Of a DNA stretch of 64,000 nucleotides, positions 27,472 to 36,151 are shown one piece after another. The stretch is from Candidatus Peregrinibacteria bacterium (lineage in GTDB: Bacteria; Patescibacteriota; Gracilibacteria; UBA1369; LOWO2-01-FULL-3), in the NCBI GenBank assembly GCA_030592015.1, contig JAUUZY010000002.1:8838-72837 (forward strand), given 5' to 3'. Within the stretch, counting starts at the first letter, position 1, and every line of letters starts with the position of its first letter. Made by a program: the position numbers and the translations under genes. The notes beneath the pieces are model-generated. The model was given only the letters and a program-made list of their open reading frames with translations, ran no database searches and had not been told where the DNA came from.

Positions 27472-28206
27472 TTAACTTAAAAATTTCACGATAAACGGTA
27501 GTATTGCAATGAAGTATACTACTGTAAGGTATATTCTTTGTGCTTTTTCTGAAATATGAATGGACTTTTTTAGTGTGTGGCCTCCGATATATCCTCCAAT
27601 GAACATTCCGCTTCCCCACAAAAGCCATAGTGGGAACAGTATGTTTCCATAGTATATGTGTGCGATAACGACTGATATTGTTCCTATTGTTTCTATGAAT
27701 CTGGCTTGGATTTTTACAAAGACTATTTGTTTGTTTTTTGGGAAGGCAGTTCGAAGTAGGGCTACCAGTAATATGCTTATTCCTGCTCCTATAAAACCTG
27801 TGTAGAGTCCTAATAATATACTGAAAACTATTCTGGTTTTGCGAGTTATGAGATGTGCTATCTTTGGGCTTAGTTCAGATAAAAATATGGCTCCAATGAT
27901 TGCGAATATTAGATAGCTTTGGTCTACTTTTGCAATTGTTGCTGTTCCTATTATTGAGGCTATGACAAATGGAATTGTTATACTTAGAGTTTCCTTGATA
28001 TCGATTTTTTTCCATGTTCCAATTGTGCTGGCAACTCCTCTAGCGAGAGATCCAACTTTTATGTTTCCTACGATTTGCCCATATGAAAGTCCCGGGAAGA
28101 AGGTTTGTAGTAGAGGGATTGAGAGGAACATTGAGCCACCAAATAAAACACCAATTATTCCTATGCCTATGCTGCTTAGGAAAATAATTATGTACTGAAA
28201 TTCCAT
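27472..28206 (-). CDS. TauE/SafE (TSUP) family membrane transporter
   Basis: GVLFGGS..SIPLL and GLYTGFIGAG repeats; about 8 TM segments. Confidence 0.75.
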   Translation of the reverse strand: MEFQYIIIFLSSIGIGIIGVLFGGSMFLSIPLLQTFFPGLSYGQIVGNIKVGSLARGVASTIGTWKKIDIKETLSITIPFVIASIIGTATIAKVDQSYLIFAIIGAIFLSELSPKIAHLITRKTRIVFSILLGLYTGFIGAGISILLVALLRTAFPKNKQIVFVKIQARFIETIGTISVVIAHIYYGNILFPLWLLWGSGMFIGGYIGGHTLKKSIHISEKAQRIYLTVVYFIAILPFIVKFLS

Positions 28207-28219
28207 TTTTCTTAAGTGA

Positions 28220-29527
28220 TTATTCTACTAGTTCGCCGTCTCTTACTATGATTTTTCCGTTTACTATTGTTTCTGTGACTACTCCGTTTAGTGTCATACC
28301 GTGGAATGGTGAGTTTTGTCCTTTTGATTCAAATTTTGTTCTGTCGATTTTTACTTTTGCCTTTGGGTCAAAGATTGTTATGTCTGCGTCAGCTCCTTTA
28401 GATAGTGTTCCTTTTTTTAGTTTTAGAATTTTTGAAGGATTGACGGTCATTTTTGCAATTGCTTCTTTCATGGATAGTACTTTTTTGTCTACCAGGTTGC
28501 TTATTACTAGTGGAAGCATTGTCTCAAATCCTACTATTCCCGGTGGAGCTTGATCGAATTCTCTCTCTTTTTCTGTCCAGAGATGTGGTGCATGGTCAGT
28601 TGCTATTACAGATATTGTTCCGTCTTTTAGTCCTTTAAGTAGAGCTTTTCTGTGGTCTTCACTTCGAAGTGGGGGATTTACTTTTGCGTATGTGTCGTAG
28701 TTGTTTATTGCTTCATCAGTTAGTGAGAAATGATGAGGCGTTACGTCGGCAGTGATGTTTAGTTTTTTGCTTTTTGCCAGCCTGATTAGGTCTACTGATC
28801 CTTTTGATGATACGTGTGTGAAATGCATTTGATGTCCTGTGTCTTCTACTAGGCAGATGATTCTTGCTGTGGCTGCGTCTTCTGCACATGCAGGAATTCC
28901 TTTTAGTCCTAGCATGCTGGAGACTGCACCTTCATGCATTTGTCCGTCTTTGCTGAGATCCTTATCTTCTGTGTGTGAGAGAATTGGCATGTCGTACGTC
29001 TTGCAGTACTGCATTGCTTTTCGATATACATCTATATTTTGTATGTCGAATCCATCGTCAGTTACTACAACTGCTCCTGTTTGTTGAAGTTCCCATATTT
29101 CAGAAATTTCTTTTCCCGTTTCTCCTTTTGTGATTGAACCTGATACGAATATGTTAACTACTGAGTCTGTTTTTGCTTTTGAAAGGATGTATTCCAATAC
29201 TGCTTGATTGTCGCCGACCGGACTTGTGTTTGGCATAGCGACTACGGATGTGATTCCTCCTTTTGCCGCTGCTCTTGATGCTGTCTTTATAGTTTCCTTG
29301 TCTTCACGGCCCGGTTCTCTTAGGTGGACGTGTATGTCTACAAATCCCGGGCATACAACTTTGTTTTTTGCGTCTATTATTTCAATACCTTCATCTGTTT
29401 TGTGTTTTTTTTCTAAACCCTTTCCTATTTGTGCAATTTTCCCGTCTTTTACCAAGATATCTGCTTTTAGATCCTTTTTATTTGCAGGGTCTATGATTCT
29501 TCCGTTTATGATGAGTAGTTTTTTCAT
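28220..29527 (-). CDS. pyrC: Dihydroorotase (long type)
   Basis: DIHVHLREPG, AMPNT.P, KVNPPLR, ATDHAPH. Confidence 0.96.
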   Translation of the reverse strand: MKKLLIINGRIIDPANKKDLKADILVKDGKIAQIGKGLEKKHKTDEGIEIIDAKNKVVCPGFVDIHVHLREPGREDKETIKTASRAAAKGGITSVVAMPNTSPVGDNQAVLEYILSKAKTDSVVNIFVSGSITKGETGKEISEIWELQQTGAVVVTDDGFDIQNIDVYRKAMQYCKTYDMPILSHTEDKDLSKDGQMHEGAVSSMLGLKGIPACAEDAATARIICLVEDTGHQMHFTHVSSKGSVDLIRLAKSKKLNITADVTPHHFSLTDEAINNYDTYAKVNPPLRSEDHRKALLKGLKDGTISVIATDHAPHLWTEKEREFDQAPPGIVGFETMLPLVISNLVDKKVLSMKEAIAKMTVNPSKILKLKKGTLSKGADADITIFDPKAKVKIDRTKFESKGQNSPFHGMTLNGVVTETIVNGKIIVRDGELVE

Positions 29528-29543
29528 TGCTTCTATAATTATG

Positions 29544-30542
29544 TTAGAACAATCTTTCTTTTACGGTTTTTATATCGCGTTTCTCTGAGAATAACCAGAG
29601 TAGTATGAATCGTATGCAGTAACCGCTGAATACTTGTCTTGTGACCATTGATGCCTTTGTTTCCAGTACGTTTGTGTGGATATCCAATTCACGGACTACC
29701 GGTCCGGCGTGCATAACTATTGCGTCTTCTTTTGCCAATTTTAGTCTGTCTGCGTTTATGACATATGTTTTTGAGTATTCTCTTAGTGTTGGAACGTATG
29801 CTGTTGCTGCTCTTTCTGTTTGAAGTCTTAGTACGTAGATTACATCGGCGTCTACCAGTGCGTCTTCAATTTTTGCTTCGTATTTTATTCCCCAGTCTTC
29901 AAGATTAGGTCTTATTAATGTGCGAGGTGCTGTTACTACTATTTTCATTCCATACATTTTGGCCACTCTTGCTAGTGATCCGAAAACTCTGCTGTGTAGA
30001 ATGTCTCCCACTATTACTAGTTTTTTGTTTTTTAAATTTTTCCCTGCAAATTTCTTCATTGTATATAGATCGAGCAATCCTTGTGATGGATGTTCGTTCC
30101 ACCCGTCTCCTGCGTTTATTACCGCTGCTTTTACGTTCTTTGCAAAAAACCTTACAGCTCCTGATGAGCTGGTTCTCATTACTATTATTTCCGGTTGCAT
30201 CTGGTCGAGAGTGACCGCTGTGTCTAGGAGTGTTTCTCCTTTTTTCATTGAAGATTTATCTGAGCTTATGTTTATTGTGTCAGCTCCTAGGTTTTTCCCT
30301 GCGAGTTCAAATGATGTCCTTGTTCTTGTAGAGTTTTCCATGAAGAAATTGAGTTGAGTTTTTCCTCTTAGGAAATCAACCTTCTTCATTTTTCCTTGTA
30401 GAAAGGTTTCTGCTTCTTCTGCCATTTCCATGATCATTTCTATTTCTGTCTTTTTGAGATCATTGATGCTTATTAGGTCATTGCAGGATAAATTACGTCC
30501 TTTACGAATTTTGTTTAGTTTTGTAAGGAGTTTGTTTTCCAT
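29544..30542 (-). CDS. pyrB: Aspartate carbamoyltransferase catalytic subunit
   Basis: ENSTRTRTSF, KGETL.DT, INAGDG..EHPSQ, GDILHSRV, LRLQ.ER; start set at MENKL (30542). Confidence 0.95.
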   Translation of the reverse strand: MENKLLTKLNKIRKGRNLSCNDLISINDLKKTEIEMIMEMAEEAETFLQGKMKKVDFLRGKTQLNFFMENSTRTRTSFELAGKNLGADTINISSDKSSMKKGETLLDTAVTLDQMQPEIIVMRTSSSGAVRFFAKNVKAAVINAGDGWNEHPSQGLLDLYTMKKFAGKNLKNKKLVIVGDILHSRVFGSLARVAKMYGMKIVVTAPRTLIRPNLEDWGIKYEAKIEDALVDADVIYVLRLQTERAATAYVPTLREYSKTYVINADRLKLAKEDAIVMHAGPVVRELDIHTNVLETKASMVTRQVFSGYCIRFILLWLFSEKRDIKTVKERLF

Positions 30543-30659
30543 GTGTTGTAGTTGAAGCCCTATTGTGTAACAAATTATCATTTTGCTTTGTGTTTAGTCA
30601 ATATCTAATGTAAATTGTGGGGTGATATTTCACGATTTAATTATTAAACCCTTACTCTC

Positions 30660-31151
30660 ATGAAAAAATTATTATTAATATTATCTTCTTTGTTCTTATT
30701 GCTTGGGCTTTCGGCTTGTAGTGTTGGAGATATGTTCATAGATGAAGTTGCAGTTCACAACGGTTTAGTTGAAGCACTTGATAATGTTTTGGACTCTGAG
30801 GAGGCTTTTTTCCAGGAATATATTATTTTGTTTGATGGTGATACTCCTGATGCTTTGAGAGGTCTTTATAATGATTTTGTAGCAGCAGCAGCTGACTTGG
30901 ATACTTACTTTATAGAAACTGAATTTGCGTCTTCTCAAAATATATTTAGAGAAGGGTACAATTCTTTCTACAGACCATTTGTGAATGAATATATTAGTTA
31001 TGCTGAAGGATTTGTGACAGCACTTGAGACTGAAGGGGTTTCTTTTGAAATCATGGAGCCATTCCTTGACGAGCTAGATCAATATACTTTAGACTTTGTT
31101 GATACTCACAATAAGCTTATAGATACAGTTAATGAGCAATCCACTGAATAA
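30660..31151 (+). CDS. Acidic helical lipoprotein (paralog 1)
   Basis: Lipobox LSA-C after a signal peptide. Confidence 0.75.
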   Translation: MKKLLLILSSLFLLLGLSACSVGDMFIDEVAVHNGLVEALDNVLDSEEAFFQEYIILFDGDTPDALRGLYNDFVAAAADLDTYFIETEFASSQNIFREGYNSFYRPFVNEYISYAEGFVTALETEGVSFEIMEPFLDELDQYTLDFVDTHNKLIDTVNEQSTE

Positions 31152-31674
31152 GATTTTTCTTAAAAAGAGTGGTCTCTTCATTCTTGTTATTCTGATAGTT
31201 TTTGCTTTACAAGGATGTGACTTTTTTGTGGCTAAGAGGATTGGATTTGATAGGGTTATGGGGTCTATGGATAGAGTCTTTCTTGCTGAAGATAATTTTA
31301 CTAGTGAAATTAACAAGTATTTTGCACTTTCGGTTAGAAATGATATAGCGATTGATTTTGTTAATTATGTTTTTAATGAATTCTCTTTGTCCTACAATGG
31401 GTTGAATCGGGTTCTGGATGAAACAGAATTTACTGAAGAGCAAAAGATTGCGAATGAAAAGTTCTATACTTTTTATAAGCCTTATCTTGATGAATATATG
31501 GCTTTTTCTCAAACGCTTTTTGAAGATATTAAAAACAATGGTTATTCAGTCGACTGGCTGGATGATGAGCTTGAAACACTACAGGAGTATAGTGATAAAT
31601 TTTTCTTTGTTCATAATGAAATGATTAATGTTTGGTTGAATGAGGAATATCATATTTCGATAATAGATTTTTAG
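31132..31674 (+). CDS. Acidic helical lipoprotein (paralog 2)
   Basis: Lipobox LQG-C; aligns by eye with the upstream gene (FYRPFVNEY vs FYKPYLDEY; THNKLID vs VHNEMIN). Confidence 0.72.
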   Translation: MSNPLNKIFLKKSGLFILVILIVFALQGCDFFVAKRIGFDRVMGSMDRVFLAEDNFTSEINKYFALSVRNDIAIDFVNYVFNEFSLSYNGLNRVLDETEFTEEQKIANEKFYTFYKPYLDEYMAFSQTLFEDIKNNGYSVDWLDDELETLQEYSDKFFFVHNEMINVWLNEEYHISIIDF

Positions 31675-31745
31675 GCAAAAGGCTTGAGACTTTATGTGCT
31701 TTTGGGTAATAGTGTGAGTGGTAAATATATTTTTAGGTAAATTTC

Positions 31746-32663
31746 ATGACAAATTTGGAACTAGAGTTCTGTGGTGTACATTTTGAGAATCCGACAGTTC
31801 TTGCTTCCGGAGTTTTAGGTGTTACTGCAAGCTCTTTGAAGAATGTTGTGAGGAATGGTGCTGGTGGTGTTACCACTAAGTCTATTTGGTTGACTGAGCA
31901 TATTGGTCATAACAATCCTACTATGTTTGGAACTTCCAGTTATTTTATGAATGCCGTGGGGCTTTCTGATGGCGGACTTACAAAGGCTCAGGAGGAAACT
32001 TTTCCTGAATATAACGAAGATAAAAAGGCTCCGATTATTGCGAATATAGTTGCTTCTAAAATTGATGATTTTGGTGAATTGGCTGAGAAGATTACGATAT
32101 CTGATCCGGATTTGATTGAGATAAATATCTCATGTCCGAATGTGGAGGATAAGTATGGAAAACCTTTCGCTTGCGATAGGGGAGATGCTGCATCTGTTAC
32201 TAGAGCTGTACGTGGAAAGACACGGAAGCCTATCATTGTGAAACTGTCTCCGAATGTTAATAATATTGTGGAAATTGCTCAGGCTTGTGCGAATGAGGGA
32301 GCGGATGGGTTTTGTCTGATTAATACTGTTGGGCCTGGGATGGCGATTGATATAGATCTTAGACGTCCTATTCTGACTAATAAGGTTGGAGGAATTTCTG
32401 GTCCTGCGATAAAGCCAATAGCTGTTAAGCATATCTATGATGTTTATAAGGCGACAGGATTGCCGATAATTGGAACTGGTGGTGTGATGACTGGAGAAGA
32501 TGCGATTGAGTTGATGATGGTTGGAGCGAGATTGATTGGAATGGGGACAATGGTTTATTATAGAGGGGTTGAAGGGTTTGGAAAAGTTGTGAAAGAGATG
32601 GAGGCTTGGTGTAAGAAAAATGGAGTTAAAAATATTGAAGATATTATTGGTGTAATTCCTTAA
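31746..32663 (+). CDS. pyrD: Dihydroorotate dehydrogenase, family 1B catalytic subunit
   Basis: NPTVLASG, NAVGL, NISCPNV, VKLSPNV, GGISGPAIKP, IIGTGG. Confidence 0.95.
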   Translation: MTNLELEFCGVHFENPTVLASGVLGVTASSLKNVVRNGAGGVTTKSIWLTEHIGHNNPTMFGTSSYFMNAVGLSDGGLTKAQEETFPEYNEDKKAPIIANIVASKIDDFGELAEKITISDPDLIEINISCPNVEDKYGKPFACDRGDAASVTRAVRGKTRKPIIVKLSPNVNNIVEIAQACANEGADGFCLINTVGPGMAIDIDLRRPILTNKVGGISGPAIKPIAVKHIYDVYKATGLPIIGTGGVMTGEDAIELMMVGARLIGMGTMVYYRGVEGFGKVVKEMEAWCKKNGVKNIEDIIGVIP

Positions 32664-32674
32664 ACATATTTCAA

Positions 32675-33487
32675 ATGGATGTGAAAAACTTTGATACAAG
32701 GCCGGTTGCTTTAGAGATAAAGAAGATTGTTGTGGAAAATGAGTCTACGAATACTTATATTTTTGAATATCCTTTAAACGGTAAGCCTGGGCAGTTTGTA
32801 ATGCTATGGATTCCCGGTTTTGACGAAAAGCCTTTTTCCATTGCTTATGATGATGGGAAAAAGTTTTGGTTAACTATTTGTAAGGTTGGTCCTGCTACTG
32901 AAGAATTGTTTAGATTTAAGGTGGGGGATAAGGTTGGAATTCGTGGACCTTTTGGAACTAATTATGAGGTGAAAAAGGGTGAGCATATTGCGGTTATTTC
33001 CGGTGGATATGGTGCGGCACCTATGTATTTTGTGACAAGAGAAGCCTTGGCTAAGGGAGTTAAGGTGGAATTTTTGACTGGGGCAAGGAATGAAGATTTA
33101 TTGCTTTATCGTGAAAGGGTGAAAGGGCTTGGTGGTGTTAACTTACATTTGTCTACTGATGATGGATCTGTTGGGCATAAGGGATATATCACTCATGTTT
33201 TGGAGAAGTTGTTGAAGGAGAAAAAGATTGATAAGGTTTTTGCTTGTGGGCCTGAATTGATGATGAAAGCTGTTGGTGAGATAGCAGAAAAAGCTGATGT
33301 TGAATGTCAGATGTCTGTGGAAAAATATATGAAATGTGGTTTTGGGGTTTGTGGACAGTGTGCTGTGGATGATACTGGGGAATTGGTTTGCAAGAAGGGG
33401 CCTGTGATGCCATGGAAATATGTTAAGAAATTGGGTGAATTTGGGAAATATCACAGAGATGCACAAGGTAAGAAACATTATTTTTAA
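32675..33487 (+). CDS. pyrK: Dihydroorotate dehydrogenase electron-transfer subunit
   Basis: PGQFVM, KPFSI, GPFG, GGYGAAP, ACGP..MM, CGFGVCGQC...CKKGP [2Fe-2S] motif. Confidence 0.94.
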   Translation: MDVKNFDTRPVALEIKKIVVENESTNTYIFEYPLNGKPGQFVMLWIPGFDEKPFSIAYDDGKKFWLTICKVGPATEELFRFKVGDKVGIRGPFGTNYEVKKGEHIAVISGGYGAAPMYFVTREALAKGVKVEFLTGARNEDLLLYRERVKGLGGVNLHLSTDDGSVGHKGYITHVLEKLLKEKKIDKVFACGPELMMKAVGEIAEKADVECQMSVEKYMKCGFGVCGQCAVDDTGELVCKKGPVMPWKYVKKLGEFGKYHRDAQGKKHYF

Positions 33488-33498
33488 CTTTAAATATT

Positions 33499-34143
33499 AT
33501 GGAATTATCAAAAGAAATAGCTGCTAATTTACTTAAGCGAGAGGCTGTTAAGGTTAGTATAGATCCTCCATTTACATGGGTAAGCGGGATTAAATCTCCT
33601 GTTTATTGTGATAACAGAAAAATGATTGCGTTTCCTGAGGAAAGGAAGGCTGTTGTGGAAGGATTTAAAATCATAATGAATCAGAAGGGGTTGAAGCCTG
33701 ATGTTATTGGTGGAACTGCTACGGCGGCGATTCCTTGGGCTGCGTTTTTGGCTTATGACTTAGGTTTGCCGATGATTTATATCCGTCCTGAGAAGAAGGA
33801 ACATGGTGCGGGGAAGCAAATAGAGGGGCATTTGGAGGAAGGGCAGAATGTTTTGATTGTTGAGGATTTGATTTCTACAGGTGGGTCAAGTGTAAAGGCT
33901 GCAGAGGCTGTGAGAAATGAGGGAAAATGTATTGTTGAGGATATTTTTGCGATTGTGACTTGGGAGATTCCGAAGGCAGTTACAAGATTTGCTGAGGCAA
34001 ATATTAATCTGACCACATTAACTGATTATACAAATATTATTGGTCTTGCTGCTGAGAATGGGATTATTCCTGCAGATCAACTGGAAACAGTTTTGCAGTT
34101 TAAGGAAGATCCAGCTGCATGGGGTGAAAAAATGGGGTTTTAA
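33499..34143 (+). CDS. pyrE: Orotate phosphoribosyltransferase
   Basis: FTWVSGIKSPVYCDNR, KEHG, PRPP motif VEDLISTGGS. Confidence 0.96.
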   Translation: MELSKEIAANLLKREAVKVSIDPPFTWVSGIKSPVYCDNRKMIAFPEERKAVVEGFKIIMNQKGLKPDVIGGTATAAIPWAAFLAYDLGLPMIYIRPEKKEHGAGKQIEGHLEEGQNVLIVEDLISTGGSSVKAAEAVRNEGKCIVEDIFAIVTWEIPKAVTRFAEANINLTTLTDYTNIIGLAAENGIIPADQLETVLQFKEDPAAWGEKMGF

Positions 34144-34165
34144 TCAAATTTAATTCAAAGTTATT

Positions 34166-35110
34166 ATGGCTAAACATTTTGCAGATCGTTTAATTGAAGC
34201 GGTTCAGAAGAAAGGGAATCCGATTTGTGTTGGACTTGATCCGAGACTGGATCAAATACCGAGTTTTATAAAAGAGGCGGCGTTGGAAGGGAAAGATAGA
34301 AGTCCTACTGCTGCTGCTGCTGATTCGATAATTGCTTTCAACAAGGGGATTATTGATGCTGTTGCGGATATTGTTCCTGTAGTGAAGCCTCAAATTGCGT
34401 TTTATGAGATTTTTGGACATGAGGGGGTTCGTGCTTATGAGGAGACTATTAAGTATTCGCAGAAAAAAGGTCTTATTGTTATAGCTGATGCGAAGCGAAA
34501 TGATATTGGATCTACTGCTGCGGCTTATGCTCAGGCTTTTTTGGGTGAAGTAGAGATGTTTTCCGGGGAAGATGAAGTGGTTACACCTATTTTTGGGGCT
34601 GATAGTATTACCTTGAATGCTTATTTGGGGATAGATGGGATTAAGCCTTTCATTGAAGAATCAAGGAAATATGATACCGGGATGTTTATTTTGGTAAAAA
34701 CTTCCAATCCGAGTAGTGGAGATCTTCAGGATTTGGAATTGAAAGAGGCTGATAGTGTTTACAATATGATGGGGCATTTGGTTGATAGCTGGGGAGCTGA
34801 TGATCTTGGAGAGAGTGGATACAGTTGTGTTGGTGCGGTTGTGGGGGCTACTTATCCTTCACAGGCGAAGGAATTGAGACGTGTGATGCCGAGGAGTATT
34901 TTCTTGGTGCCGGGTTATGGAGCACAGGGGGGTGGAGCTGCTGATGTGAAGCCTTGTTTCAATAAAGATGGACTTGGAGCTGTGGTAAACAGTAGTAGAG
35001 GAATCATTTTTGCTTACCAGAAGCTGGATGGCTTTGAGGAAAAGCAATTTGGAGAAGCTGCGAGACAGGCTTGTATCAATATGAGAGAGGATTTGGCCAC
35101 CGTTCTTTAG
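34166..35110 (+). CDS. pyrF: Orotidine-5'-phosphate decarboxylase (type 2)
   Basis: CVGLDP, KPQIAFYE, DAKRNDIGST, KTSNP, GAVVGAT, LVPGYGAQGG, NSSRGI. Confidence 0.96.
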   Translation: MAKHFADRLIEAVQKKGNPICVGLDPRLDQIPSFIKEAALEGKDRSPTAAAADSIIAFNKGIIDAVADIVPVVKPQIAFYEIFGHEGVRAYEETIKYSQKKGLIVIADAKRNDIGSTAAAYAQAFLGEVEMFSGEDEVVTPIFGADSITLNAYLGIDGIKPFIEESRKYDTGMFILVKTSNPSSGDLQDLELKEADSVYNMMGHLVDSWGADDLGESGYSCVGAVVGATYPSQAKELRRVMPRSIFLVPGYGAQGGGAADVKPCFNKDGLGAVVNSSRGIIFAYQKLDGFEEKQFGEAARQACINMREDLATVL

Positions 35111-35895
35111 AGTAGTTTCTGCCAATCTTTGATGGAGAGTATTTGTGGACGACTGTCCAGGAATCCGAGTTCTTTTAATGTATCCAGTTTATCCGGAAGG
35201 GTGTTTGAGAGTTTTTTGCGTCTTTGTGAAAATGCTCTCTTTGCAAGTTTTAGAATCTTTAGACCTTCTTCTGTTGAAAGATGGTTTTCGTCGGATTTTG
35301 GGATAAGTTGGATGTGGATTATGCTTGAGTCCACTTTTGGTGCTGGTAGGAATGAACTTGCCGGTACTTTTCTTATTATTGTTGGAGTTCCAAATAAATT
35401 TACCTGTAGTGATAGGATTGTTGTTTTTCCTTTTTTTACACAAATTTTTTCTGCTACTTCCTTTTGTATTAATATTGTTATCGAAATTGGCCTGTTTTCA
35501 GCCTGTAGGAAATGATTTATCAGTGGAGAGGTTATATTGTATGGAATGTTGGCAACCACCTTGTACGGACCTGTGGGAGGTGGTATTTGAAGTGCATCTC
35601 CATGTATTAGTTTTATGTTTGTAAATTCTTTCAAAGTTTCCTCTAATGCAGGGAATAGACTCTCGTCCAATTCTACGGTGCTGAGTTTTTTGGCTCTCTT
35701 TGCAAGCTCTTTTGTTAGGACTCCAAGCCCCGGTCCTACTTCAACTATATGATCTTCTGAGTTTATTTTTGCAGCCTCTACAATTGAATCTAGTGCATCT
35801 CTATCTATGAGAAAGTTTTGGCCGAAGGATTTCTTAGCCCATAAATTATGTCTTTTTAGCAATCCTTGTATTTCTTCCGGATTAGATAGGTCCAT
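35107..35895 (-). CDS. rsmA: 16S rRNA adenine dimethyltransferase RsmA/KsgA
   Basis: KKSFGQNFL, EVGPGLG, VANIPYNIT, QKEVAE, F.PAPKVDS. Confidence 0.96.
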   Translation of the reverse strand: MDLSNPEEIQGLLKRHNLWAKKSFGQNFLIDRDALDSIVEAAKINSEDHIVEVGPGLGVLTKELAKRAKKLSTVELDESLFPALEETLKEFTNIKLIHGDALQIPPPTGPYKVVANIPYNITSPLINHFLQAENRPISITILIQKEVAEKICVKKGKTTILSLQVNLFGTPTIIRKVPASSFLPAPKVDSSIIHIQLIPKSDENHLSTEEGLKILKLAKRAFSQRRKKLSNTLPDKLDTLKELGFLDSRPQILSIKDWQKLL

Positions 35896-36151
35896 TGTCG
35901 ATTTTAATTAATTTCAGTGTATCTGTTTTTCCGCTGATTATGCTTATTGATGATTTTGGGATTTCTAGTTCTTTGCTTAGGAATTTTATCAATTCTGCAT
36001 TTGCTTTGCCTTTTTCCGGTGCTGCTTTGATTCGTATCTTTATTGTTTCTTCTCCACTGTGATCTTTCATTATTTCCGTGATCTCGTTTTTTGCACTTTT
36101 GGGTCTGACTTTTATTCTCAAGTAACCGTTATTTGTTAGTTTTATTTTCAT
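35882..36151 (-). CDS. DUF167 (YggU) family protein
   Basis: IKVRPKS, IKAAPEKGKANAELIKFLS, IISG. Confidence 0.9.
   Translation of the reverse strand: MKIKLTNNGYLRIKVRPKSAKNEITEIMKDHSGEETIKIRIKAAPEKGKANAELIKFLSKELEIPKSSISIISGKTDTLKLIKIDNGPI

Noticed and set aside
32130..35515. Longer antisense ORFs such as 32130..32699(-), 33143..33478(-) and 35129..35515(+)
   Set aside because: Fully overlap conserved pyr/rsmA genes on the opposite strand and carry no motifs
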